A stretch of 44,711 nt of DNA, the filler included, from Jimgerdemannia flammicorona (Eukaryota), in the NCBI GenBank assembly GCA_003990765.1. It is 2 parts of 2 records of this genome, joined end to end, with 100 filler letters (N's around TTAATTAATTAA, not from the genome) between each part and the next. Parts side by side here need not be neighbours in the genome. Positions count along the whole stretch, not along the records: positions 22,410 to 44,711 come from RBNJ01001307.1; 1 more part is not named here. One strand, 5' to 3'. The notes beneath the pieces are model-generated. The model made no database searches. It saw only the letters and a program-made list of their open reading frames with translations, and had not been told where the DNA came from. The translations under genes and the position numbers were made by a program. Numbering within the stretch: position 1 is the first letter of the stretch; every line of letters begins with the position of its first letter. This document shows, piece after piece, positions 22,500 to 34,299 of the stretch.

Positions 22500-25400
22500 C
22501 CCCGTGGACCCAGACCTCCCCCTTCGATCTTCCCATGCCAGAGCACCACCCAATCCCCCACTACCCAAATCCTTCCACCACTCTTCTGGGAGATGCGCTG
22601 CACCAACCCCCTGTGTCTCCCTTCACCCAGTCCCCAACCCCACCACTAGCTATTCAAAATGTCCAAAAGCAACCATTCCCAATGTGCCATCTTGTCCCCA
22701 ACCCCAACCCGACACCCTCCCTCAAAGACATGAACCCAATGTCCAGCCAACCCAATCCACATAGCCAAAGCCCACCCAAGGGTCAGCCACTCGTCCCCAA
22801 CTCCACCCACCAGTTGCCAGCAGAGCTCTCCCCATCGCCCCTCTCCCTCTCCCTCCAGAGCACACAGCCCCACCCAGCTCCCAATACCTCTCCAAAACTC
22901 TTCCAAAACCTCACATTCACCAAGCCAATGTTCAGGCATCTGAACCACGCCTCCCTCCTGGCCAACATTGAAACACTCCTTGCACTTGAATACTCCACCA
23001 TCTACCAAGTGCCCAGACCGATAGTTCAACATCACATTCCTCCACTGGACCCGCCACCATACCATCCAGAACTTGGGGGGCAGCCACTGCCTCACCCTTT
23101 TGCTCCAGAGCCAGAGTCTATTCCAGTCCCACCCCTCACCAATTCCGACCCTCTGCCAAGCTTCAGGCCACAGGTCTCCACCTAGGCCTCACAGATACTC
23201 CAGACCCTTGCCAAGCTTAAAGTCCTCCACCAGGACACCCCCCAGTAGCAACCTGTCCCACTGCCACATCTGGGGTCCCCAATCCTCCTCGGCTTCATCA
23301 CCTCGCCACCGAAGTCCAGTCTTCTTAGTGCTATCCACCACCCCCCACCAGAAGCCCGTAAACTGCATCCTCCCACTCCCCTCCATGGCCACCATCGTGA
23401 GCAGGTCACCCAAGCCACCACGTGGGGAGTGCCAAACCTCCCACAATCACTGCATGAGTGGCACCCACTCCCAACCACGAAGCTTGCTTGCTCTTCTCAA
23501 CCACCAAGCTCTAAGACATAGGAGCCACTTAGTAAAGTCCACTAAGCCCAGCCCACCTCTCTCCAAGGGCAGTGTGAGCACCTCCCAACTGACCTGGCTC
23601 TGTCTCCCTCCCCAGATCCATGACCTCGTCATCTTCAACAGCTCCTTGACCACCCAGGTTGGGAAATCCAAATGATATCCCACATACTACAGCTTCAGCA
23701 TCTAATACACATTCAGCACCATCACCCTTCCAGCTAGGGACATATGCCAGCCTCCCCAACGCAGCAGAACATTTCCCCACTCCAATAATTGATGATCCCA
23801 CCATGCCTGGGGAAGAAGAGATCCGAACACTGAGAAGTATATCCCCAAATATCGCACTGGTTCTCCAGCTGGTACCACTGTGCCAATGACCTCGCCACCA
23901 ACAATCCCAGTATCTAGCACCAGAGTCTCACACTTGTGCCAGTTCAGTTTGGCCCCAGAGCCCCTCTCATACCATTCCACAGACCTCTGTAACTCCCCCA
24001 CATCCACCAGAGAGCCCAGCCTGACCACCATGTCATCTGCAAAGGCCCCCACCTTCCAATTAACCCCTAAAATGTCCAAACCCCCAATTTGGTGCCCAAT
24101 TCTGTCCAGTAGAGGCTCCAGAGAAAGGGCATACAATATGGGTGACAAGGGGTCCCCTTGGGGCACCCCTTGTCCCAGGGGAAAGGTCACCCCCCTGTGA
24201 CCATTAATGACCAACGCTGCCTGACTGTCCTCCAAGAGGCTGAACAACGATCCTTGGAACCCTGGGGGGATACCAATCCGCTTCAGCACCCCCTCCAGCC
24301 ATATTCTCCGCACTCTGTCATAAGCCATCTCCTGGTCCAGAAACACCAACCTGCCATCAACTCCTGCTGCCCGGGTGCCTTCAATCACTCCATGAACCCA
24401 AGCCATCCCATCTCGAATCAACTGACTACCAACAAACCCACACTGCTCCACACCAAGCACCTGCTGAGCAATTCCTTGCAGCCTCATCACTAAAATCTTG
24501 GTCACCAATTTGAGGTCCATGTCGAGAAGCATAATAGGCCACCAATTCTTTCAGTCCTCTCATCTCCACTTATTCTTGTAGAGCAATGAGACCAGCCCTA
24601 AGCGCTGTCCCCCAATCCAGGCACCAGACCGCAGAACTTCATCACACATAGCAATCATCTCCTCTACTGCCTCACCAACTCCAGCCATTTTCTGCCAAAA
24701 ATCCCAGGGAAGCCCATCCTCTCCTGGGGCAGTCCCTTTGCTTGTCGAGGCCATTACTCTGCGAATTTCCTCACCACACACTGGTTCCCCCAATGCCCCA
24801 AGCCCCATCACAGGGTTCAGATGCCAATCCCCCAGCTGCCTCTCAACATCCAGAGCATCCATTCCTCCTTCCTCCTCACTCCACAAATTCTCCCACCAGT
24901 TCCTTAATAGGCCCAGAATCACTGTCGACCCCACCACCAGCTTGCTGTTCATGTCCAGAACCCCCTCCCACCTCTGCCTCATTCGCCGGGCTTGTAACAA
25001 CCTCGATAAAAACCTAGTAGGCCTCTCCCCTTCCTCCAGCCCCTGCCACCGCAAATGGGCCACCATTCCCTGCAGCTTCACCTCCTTCTCCTTCTGTAGC
25101 ACTCCTTTAAGCTCTTTGATCTCTTGTCGGATTCGCGCAATATGCCAATCAGTCACGTCCCCATCCTCCAGCACTCCTGCCCATCTCTCCATGAGTGCTG
25201 CCAGATGCCGTGAGGCCCACAGCACCCTCTGTCTCCACTGAGTACACTTCCCTTTCCCTGCTTCCCCCCAATACCTCTGGGCAGTTGCCTTTAGTCTTCT
25301 CCAATGGTCACCAATTCCCAAGCCCTGTTCCTGCCACCTACTGATATTCCCAACCACCTCCGTCTCCCAACCCTCCCACAACACTGTATTCTCCAATAAG

Positions 25401-26152
25401 GAAGAATTTAGCCACCAATGTCCAGGCCCATCCTCATTACCCCCAAACCTACCCCCTCCCAGCAACCCCCAGTGATCAGACCATGGACACCATACCACTT
25501 CCAGTGCCGACCAGACATCAGTTCCCCAACACTCCGCTGTCAGAACCCAGTCAATCCTGGAGCCCAGTCCTGCTGCCCAATGGGTGTACACCCACCAATC
25601 GGTCCAAAGGTGTCTACCTGAGTCCACTAAAGAATACAATCTCTCTATTTCCAGCCAGTCACCCAGCCCACCACTTTCGCCCCACATGCCTCTTCCACCA
25701 TCTGTTCTATCCATCTCCTTATCCCGTACCATGTTGAAGTCACCCCCCATACAATCCAGGCCAACCTCTCCCAATATACCAGCCTCTTTCAATCTGCGAA
25801 TCCAATCCACCCTCTCCCACCTTTCAGCTGGGCAATAACAAGACCCAACTGTCAATGAGCCCCATCCAGGCCTCTTCCACCTACCCCACACCACTCAAGA
25901 CCCCCAATGTCCAATGTCCACAATATCCCCCATCCCTTTCCGAATGAGAATACACACTTTCCCCCTCCAAACCACCACACTCCCCCATTCCTTAGTCCAA
26001 TCCTGTAAGTCCACATCTTCCTCATATCAGACATCCTGTAGCAAGAAGAGGTCCGCATCCAATCCCTTAAGCCATCCAAATATGTACTTCCTTCTAGCTG
26101 CCCCCCATAATCCATTAATGTTCAATGAGAATATCCTAGTTGTACTGTTCAT
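22500..26152 (-). pseudogene. LINE ORF2 (EN-RT-CCHC); 3' end approximate
   Basis: ATG at 26152 MNSTTRIFSLNINGL; GGDFN, RIDWVL, WSDH, GPGHWWLNSSLL, GERPTRF, FLDQEMAYDRV, QGDPLSP, FADD, CKEC...HWLGEC. Confidence 0.93.
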
Positions 26153-26183
26153 ATTGAAAGAATGTTGAATTGTCGACCCCAAC

Positions 26184-28111
26184 CTAGTATTCCATGCTCA
26201 TCTCATCTCCAGCTAGATCCAAGCGCCATTCCACTTCCAAGTCACCCCCCACATTAGCCTGAGCATCCAGTGCCTCCAAGATTTCCTGGCATTCCACCCC
26301 ATCCACAACCTCCATATCCAACCGGTAGTCCAAGCAGACTGCACGCCACTTCTCCAGTCCCTTCCTCGAATTCCACAAGAAAAGTGCTCTGTCACTTGCA
26401 ATCTTCTGAAGCTCCTCCTCCCACTGATCATCCACTTGATATTCAACTGACTCCAGGAGAACAGCCAGGATCTCATTCCTCATCTTCCTCAGCACCTCCT
26501 CCCCTTGTAGGATCTCCTCCCAATGCCTCTCTTCCATCACCTGGAAGTCCTCACCACCCAGCTCTTCCGCCGCTACCCCTTCCAGGGTCTTCCACATCCA
26601 CTTCTCCTCATCCACTGCCTCCACCACACCTGAGCAATATGTCCCCCATCCACCTCGGGGTCCATCAGCATGCTCCTCCTCACTGACTCATCCCACTCCT
26701 CATCTGGCACATCCAGCAGCTCCTCCTCCCCCTCCGCCCCATCCAGGACACTATACTGAGGATGCACACCCTCACCCATTTCAGCATCTACTTCCAACCC
26801 ACCTTCCTCCTCTTCCCCTACTCCAATCTGAGCCCCACTCTGGGCCATTTCACCCCCCTCAGCCCAAGCGCTCTCCTGCAACCCCACACCTCCCTCCCCT
26901 GAGCTTCCACCAGCCCTACCCCCCCCCAGCCTCACCAGCAGCTCCTTCTGTATTTTCCTCCCCTGCATCTTCTCCCAAGCCCCCTTCTCTATCTGGACCC
27001 TCTTCCCATCCACCTCCCCTACCACCATCCTGGCCTCAAACTCCTTCCAGGCCAATCTCCTCCTTGTAACCGCCCCTTCTAGATCCTCCAGCACCTCCAA
27101 CAGGTCCTCCTCTTCCTCCTGGGTCCCCTTCACCCTCGCGACTTTACACTCCACTGGTCCCCACTGCAGTGTCGCCAGCCAGTCCCTCGACTTCCCCATA
27201 TTCTCCTTCCCAAACAGCCTCACCCTGACATCAATGTCACCAGTCCTAAGTGACATGCCCTCCCAGACCTTGAACCCAACATCCACAATCTCTCCATACT
27301 CCTTGACTGCCTCCACAACCAGCTCCCTGATCCTCTCCTTCGACAAGATTGGGAGATCCAACACCATCAACTGCACCACCCAGGGGTCCCAGCACATGCA
27401 CTGGGCCATAGAGACCACAACCCCACCAACTGTCACCCCCTTCTCCATGGCTGCCAACAAGGCATCTTCCTCCTCAAACCCCACCTCAACCCCTTCCTTT
27501 CCCCTCAGAAACTTCACAGACACCACTCCCTTAGCCTCCTGCGCCACCAGCCCCAAAATCATCCTCGCCATCACCACTAAGCCCTGGAAGCACATCGTGA
27601 CTGCGAATTCCGACCTCGATTTCTTGAGTAACGGGGCTGACACCATGCCTGTCACCCCATCCGCCAGGTTCCCGGGCCTCGTGCCCACTCCCAGTCCTGA
27701 ATTGCCGATGGCCATCACATTTGGATTTTTTGCCAGATCCCCAGTCACAGCCCCATCAACCATCACATCTCCAGCCCCTACTCCGGCCCCTACCCTACCA
27801 CCAGAAGCTCCCCTGGGCACACCTCCCTGTCCTCCAGCAGCAGCCGTTGATGCCTTCCCCAGGCCCAGCCAACTATCTAGCCCAGAGGCCATCTTCCCCA
27901 TCCTGATCTTGTCAGCAAAGGTTGATCTCTCCCCTCCTCTCTGCCTCAGACTGCCCCTTCCTCCATCACCAGAGCCTCGGCTGGCCATTGAGGCCCCTGG
28001 CATCCCCAAACCATCACCCCTCCTCCCCACCTGCTGCCAGCCAAAGGCGCCATCACCCCTCTGGCCAGTACGCTCACCAGTTCGATCGTTGCCATCTATG
28101 TTGTTAGTCAT
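26184..28111 (-). pseudogene. LINE ORF1 (one frameshift near 26630)
   Basis: Track ORFs 26573-28111 and 26184-26627; Gly-rich N-terminus, RRM-like core, acidic Trp-rich C-terminus. Confidence 0.9.
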
Positions 28112-28133
28112 TGGACACCAAAAACGTTAAAAA

Positions 28134-28230
28134 AGTGTTGTCTGAATCTTGTATCACCCAAATGGTACTGGTGAAAGATGAGTGTTGTCTGAGTCTTGTG
28201 TCACCTGAATATTATCAGTGAAAAGTGCTG
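28134..28230 (-). repeat. Tandem monomers (about 45 bp, 2+ copies) in the LINE 5' UTR
   Basis: AGTGTTGTCTGA(A/G)TCTTGT(A/G)TCACC..AAT....GTGAAA repeated at 28134 and 28181. Confidence 0.75.
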
Positions 28231-29772
28231 GAAATGATACTATATATTGATATATTCTATTCTACTATAATATACCAGATTCATAGTAAATGCTATTTTA
28301 ATTAATTATCTTACTTGATTAGTATTGAGTTCTTCTCAGCAAAGCTGAGCTCTTTTAACAGTTTGCAGAGCCATATAGTTTCTTTGATTACTATTGATAA
28401 TACCTAGTATTGATGATATTACTACTAAACTCTACTTATATATTTACTAGAAAATATTAGACTCTTGATCACTGATGTGAAAGAGATACTCAGTCATAGA
28501 TTAGTACTCATTGAGTTTACCTCCTCAATTGGTATTATATATACCAGATAGTTGAATAGTATTGTTGTTGTTATATTATTATTACTCTAGCTCAATCCAC
28601 TAAGAGTAAGTATATAGTATGCTATATCCTTAAGATATCTGAAAATTCTTTTAACAGTTCCCAAATATATATTGTTATAGTAGGTGGAATATTATATCAT
28701 CTTATTTATAGTATATGATATATCAGACCTCATTTCCAGAATGAGATATATAAGATTACTGACCACTTACTAATACAATTATCTTTCATACTGTTTTTGG
28801 CTAGCATATTGTTGTCATCCTTATAAGTAGTGTCTGGCTTTCTTAATTTCACAGAAGTATTTATAAGAATGCTGACAAGCTTGCATTTTTTCATATTGAA
28901 ATGTTTGAAGATTGTTTGAGCATATGTCAAGCTTAGGTTTGGGTTCATTGACCTTATTGTTATCTGTACATTTGATCTCATTTAGTACCTTATCTATATA
29001 ATCCATAGAATATGTTTTCATCATCATTGATAGTACTATTTCCTTGGTATATTTCTTTATTCATGAGGCTCATAATGATATGGGTATAATCTGCAAGCTT
29101 ACTACTTTTCTACATAGCTGTTACCTCAATATAATATATTTCAGAGATATTCCTTATAAGAGTCAAGACCTTGTCTTCATCACTTATATACTATGTTGAT
29201 ATACTTAGAGAATTCACCAAATTTATCAGATTATTAATTCAACTGGCATATTCATGAATGGTTTCCTTAGACTTCATTAATAGATTTAATCTTGAGATTT
29301 CAGATAAAATTAATTCAATATAGATATTTATATGTAATGATTATATAGAATCTCCCATACCTTATAAGCAGTTGTTGTATGTATTATAAGCTTTATTTGA
29401 GAGTTAGATAGTATGAACATGATTGCTTATAATACTAGATGGTCATTTGTAGTATTGTAATCTTGAATCAGTATTTGTAGCTTTATATATATTATCAAAC
29501 TATATTCATTAAAAAGATTCATTATATAGAATACTCAGATTATATAATCTTTCTCATTGAAGATCAGAATGGACCTCTTGGCAGTATTTATACTTATAAC
29601 TGAGATTGTGTTTCCTGTATCTATTGCAGTTGTTATTGTGATTATACTTATAGAAATGCTCATTATTGGTATATCTAGTTCTATACTTATATTACTAGAC
29701 TATTTATTAGATATTTCTATATAGTATATTTTAAAGAGGTATATTTATTATTATTGCCACTTAGTACTAGTG

Positions 29773-29784
29773 GGGCTCATAACC
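29773..29784 (-). other. PBS complementary to the anticodon region of tRNA-iMet (half-tRNA priming)
   Basis: GGTTATGAGCCC 2 nt after the LTR-terminal CA, the copia/Ty5-type PBS. Confidence 0.85.
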
Positions 29785-29786
29785 TT

Positions 29787-30044
29787 TGTAGTAAAAGAGA
29801 GATATTTATTGAAGTTTTTGAAGTTATATATTTCATATATTACTAATAAATAACATAAATCTGATAAAATAGTATAATTACATAATGATATATTGAGTTG
29901 CCATCCCAATATATAATTGATATAAAATAAATAAATATTTATTTATTACCTACTTTTCATTATTATTATTAGTATATTCCTGAAGAGAATCTCCATCTTA
30001 AATTATATATAGAATAATTGTAATAACTGTATCTATATCCTACA
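29787..30044 (-). repeat. Copia 5' LTR (about 258 bp)
   Basis: TGTAG...CTACA termini on the minus strand, adjacent to the PBS; the 5' boundary is inferred from the inverted repeat only. Confidence 0.6.
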
Positions 30045-30483
30045 ATTACAGCTTACTTAGTATATTTAATATCACCTCAAGTTATCTTTTTAAATTTAAG
30101 AATTTAAAGATTAAGATTCATATTGGTATGAAAATATATATATTTCTAAATAGATTCAATAAAAAATATTATAATTAATAAACATATTACATATAATAAT
30201 AATTAATATAATACTAACTGATATATTACTATATATTAGACAGATCTAAGAATTTTATATTATATCAGAAGTATAGAGTAGTGGTCTCTCAATATTGATA
30301 TATCTAATATAGATTACATTATATCACTAAGCAATATTGCATCCTTTATAGATATGTCTAATAGAACTAAATTTATAATAAATTGAAAAGAGAAGACCTC
30401 TATTTATATTACTAGATATTGTCTGAATATATATATAAATAGACTTATCAGTAAATAGAATAGAAAAGAATAGAAAGAGTTAA

Positions 30484-31700
30484 GATAGTCAGATATTTTG
30501 AAATACTCATAAATGAAAACTATCATCAAGCCTAATAGTCAGATATAATAGAAATCTTATGTAAATAAAGAAAGAGAGAGGAAGAAGGAAAACCATCATT
30601 GAAATATAATGAAAATTGAATACTCATAAATAAAAGAAGGAGAAAGTAATGATATCATCAAGATCAATAGCTAGACAAAATAGAAATCTCATATATATAA
30701 ATGAAAGAAGAGAGAGAGAGTGGAGGAAATCCATTATAGAGACCCAATGGAATACCTATAAATAAAGAAAGGAGAGAGAGATCCCATCATCAAGGCCAAT
30801 AGATAGATATAATAAAATACTCATAAATAAAAAATGATGGAAGAAAAGAAGATAATCGTCATCAAGAAAAATAGCCAGAAATAACAGATTACTTATAAAT
30901 GAAAGAAGAAGGATGAGATCCCATCATTGAGACTAATAGTCAGAAATAATAGATATTTTATATAAATAAAAGAAGAGAGAGAGAAGAGACATCATTATGG
31001 AGATATAATGAAATATATATAAATAAAAGGAGAAGAGAGGGATTCTATCATCAAGACTGATAGTCTGATACATATAATGAAATACCAGTGAATCAAAAAG
31101 AAAGAGAGGTATGAGAGTAATCATTATCAAGGCTGATAGCTAGATATAATGAAATACTATGAATAGAAGAGAGGAGAAAGAGAGTAACTATCATCAAGAT
31201 CAATAGCCAGATATAATAGTTAACTCATGAATAACAGAAGGAGGAAGAGATCTTATTATTGAGACTGATAGTCAGCCATAATGAAAATTTCATATAAATA
31301 AAGAGAGGAGAGAGGGAGGATGTATACTATCATAGAGATATAATAGAATATATATAAATAAAGAAAGAAAGAAAGTGAAGAGTATAACCATTATAGTGGC
31401 TAATAGTCCGATATAATGGAATACTATAAATAGAAGAGAGGGATAAGAGGGTAATCATTATCAAGGACAATAGTCAGATATAATGAATAATTCATTAATG
31501 AAAGTAAGAGAAAGAGATGTTATCATTGAGGTCAATAATATTAAAAATCTCATATTAATAATAGAAGAAGAGAGAGAAGAGGAAAACTATTATGAAGATA
31601 TAATAGAATGCTCATAAATAATTAATGGAGAGAGGAATTCCTTCATTTGAGGGTAATAGTCAGATATAATGAAAATCTGTAAATATAAAGGAGGGAGAAG
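30484..31700. repeat. Degenerate tandem array, about 20 units of 50-65 bp
   Basis: Core ATCATCAAGRCTAATAGTCAGATATAATGAAATACTCATAAATAAA alternating with variable A/G-rich linkers. Confidence 0.85.
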
Positions 31701-31967
31701 GTCCTTTTATTAAAAGATAATAAAATGACAACTATCAGATATGGGTGAAAAATAGAATAAAGCTGAATCTAATAGAAAGTATAAAAGGAATAATTAAAAA
31801 GGAGACAATAACCAACCTATTTGCCAAATTTATTTATATGAGTTTATATAATATATTGGCTTCCTTAGCAATCAATAATCTCATCTTCACTGGTCTAAAG
31901 ATGGACTTCTGTACAGTTTCTCTCATTTGGACCATATTTTGACTAGGGAGACAATATAAAAGGGAAC

Positions 31968-32612
31968 ATGTGAGATATAGAAAAGTACAATTCAGATTGC
32001 CAGATCTCATCTAACTATCCAGTAAATAATATAGAATAATATATATCAGATAAATTAAATAATAAAAAAAGGTGCTATTTTAAGTAAAGTTAAATTGAAC
32101 TATGGATGAGAATTGTAGAAAAGCAGGATTCAGATAGCTGAATCCTATCTAACCATTCAGCAAATAAAATAGAATAACATATATTAGATACAGTTTCCAC
32201 TAGAGATAAATTACATAATAGATGAGAGGGGGGGTAGAATTGAATCAAATAACAGATAAGAGACTATGTGAGAATTATTGAAAATCATAATTCAGATTAC
32301 CAGATCCCATCCAACCACCCAGCAAATAAAATAAAATAACAGTAACTATTAACCTATGTATTAGATTTGTTTTTGCTAGAGATAAATTGAACAACAGAAG
32401 GGAAGAGACCTGTTACAAGTAGAATTGATTCAAATAACAGAAAAGGAGCTATGTGAGAAATGTAGAAAAGTACAATTTGAATTGCTGGATCTCATTCAAC
32501 CATCTAGCAAATAAAATAAAATATATATCAGATAAATCAAATAAAGAGAAACTGTTTCAAATAGGGTTGAATCAAACAAATGATAAGAGCTATATGAGAA
32601 TTATAGAAATAT
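31968..32612. repeat. Degenerate tandem array, 4-5 units of about 135-185 bp
   Basis: ATGTGAGAA..GTAGAAAAGTACAATTCAGATTGCCAGATC.CATCTAACCA..CAGCAAATAAAATA near 31968, 32101, 32266, 32451 and partially 32591. Confidence 0.8.
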
Positions 32613-32961
32613 ATATCTATAGCAGAGAATATAATAGAAATGTAGAGAATAACCAAGCCTATATAAAAATATTTGTCAGTTTTAGGTGACAATTTCTATT
32701 CTTGCTTATAAAATTGATATTATCATCTTGATTATATTTATTTTCTCTAATGAGAAATTTGTTTACTTAATATTATTATCCAAATATTAGTTATTAATCA
32801 TCAATAAATATAATCTATTTATTCCTGAAAATATTAATAAATATAAAGTATGTTTTGAAAATAATATATATAGTATAAATATATAATACTATACTACTAG
32901 TAATTGAGGCTGCAGAGAGAGAATCTTCAATTTACTAATAATTTGAATATTTTATACATAG

Positions 32962-34195
32962 TGTAATATAGTGGACACATAATCTTAGAAGTATAGTAGA
33001 TTCTAAGATTTTTGTGAAGAGAGAGAGAAGAGTATATAAAGAAGACTTTTTGACTGAGCTGAACTGATAGAGATTTATTCACTCTAAAATACTGAGTTAT
33101 TTATAAAGATTTGTGCACTAATTCTGCTACATAAGTGTAACTAAGAGACTTAGAGCAGAATATTCAGGACCATGGGAGCTTTGTCCTCATCATTACTGAA
33201 GGGGATGAGATCTACAAACATTTCATTGTATGTTTTGCATATGTTGCATGGGATGACATCATTACTAATGATATCATTACATTCGGTGATGGGAACAAGG
33301 AGGTCTGGGGCTGTCCCGTCTATGAGGTCCTCTTCCACAAAATAGGAAACAAATGTGGAGTCTTGGAGAGATCTAACCTGGATACTTGGACCTTAGAATA
33401 CTGAGATCAATCCTTACAGGAATTGATCTGAGTTATCCTGTAGGATGGGATGTCAGAAGTCTTCTACTTTATCACTATTGAGGGTGATAGTGGACTGGGC
33501 TTCTGTAGCCACCCTGGCTTCTAGTGCATTGATATGGCAGGCTGACAAATCTCTGAAGTCTGAGACTCTAACATACTCTAAGTTGGAGATCAACTATGGT
33601 ATATATCTGAGGATCTGATGAATCTTCTTAGCTATCCTTGTTTTACATATATTCATGGAAGTGGCATCTTGTAACTCTTGAGGGCTGGTCTGTGGGAACT
33701 CCTAGCAGAGAAAGTTTCTTATTTTGTACTCCTGCCATATTTAGAGGCATTCAGTAGTAATGGTGATCCTTGTTTCCATTTCATAGCAGTAGAGAATAAA
33801 GTGATAAGGATCCATAGTACCCAGGTTGAGGCTAAGAGTTCTTCTTGTACAGGTCCTCATAGCTCTTCTGATGTCTTGGAACATCCTTTCTTCAACTGAG
33901 ATGTCTTGGTAGTTTCTTGACCTTGAGGTTTGGCAAGCAGCAGACATTTCATTTGTGGTAAATCTTTGAGCTATTTTGGGATTGATAGGTCTTGTTGAGT
34001 TGCTGCTACTGTAGTTCCTTGATTCTTCTTTTACATTCCTCAAGATGCCTGAACTGTGGTCATGATGACTCACAGTTGGTTATCATTACTCATCTTATAG
34101 CCTGAGTCATGCTGTATAATCTTCTTATACTCTGATCTGGTGGCTTATAAGGAAAGGCTGTCTCTTGTACTGATGTCATCATTCTGAGGTCACTG

Positions 34196-34200
<5 letters not shown>
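32962..34200 (-). repeat. Putative solo LTR (family C, about 1.24 kb) containing an ORF
   Basis: Minus strand begins TATAAC (decayed TGTAAC) and ends ATTACA; TATAAATA at about 33098-33105 just after the ORF stop. Same layout as the family-A LTR. No TSD, PPT or PBS seen. Confidence 0.6.
33150..34073 (-). pseudogene. Unknown protein, apparent homolog of the family-A LTR ORF
   Basis: Track ORFs 33741-34073 and 33150-33338 are one frame with six stops all compatible with C-to-T (CAA/CAG/CGA); likely ATG at 33947. Confidence 0.75.

Positions 34201-34232
<32 letters not shown>
34201..34232. repeat. (AT)n microsatellite at the LINE copy 4 3' junction
   Basis: Direct observation. Confidence 0.95.
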
Positions 34233-34241
<9 letters not shown>

Positions 34242-34299
34242 TAGTCACTTGGACTCTGCCATTTATTACCAGTCTATTGTTAAATATACAGTTCTTCTC

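Larger units (their letters stand above)
22410..28230 (-). mobile_element. LINE copy 3, full length, least decayed
   Basis: T-run at the gap edge, longest ORF pieces (512, 444, 276 aa), retains many CpG. Confidence 0.95.
28231..30044 (-). mobile_element. Ty1/copia element, internally deleted and heavily AT-shifted
   Basis: Minus strand reads VVSNLIYLILEMRSDISY..VKRIFRYLKD (RT end), KETIWLCKLLKEL and a decayed HIDIRYHF-like motif (RH); LTR and PBS at the right end. Confidence 0.85.

Noticed and set aside
22427..23185. 252-aa Pro-rich plus-strand ORF
   Set aside because: Antisense shadow of the G-rich LINE ORF2 3' end.
27234..28130. Long antisense ORFs opposite LINE ORF1 in all four copies (also 8502-9383, 15774-16580, 38887-39678)
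   Set aside because: Expected shadow of G-ending codons, which avoid stops in that antisense frame; products are low-complexity Ser/Thr/Pro.
30484..31700. CRISPR-like repeat/spacer appearance
   Set aside because: Repeats are degenerate, linkers are low-complexity and related to each other, no cas genes, eukaryotic context.
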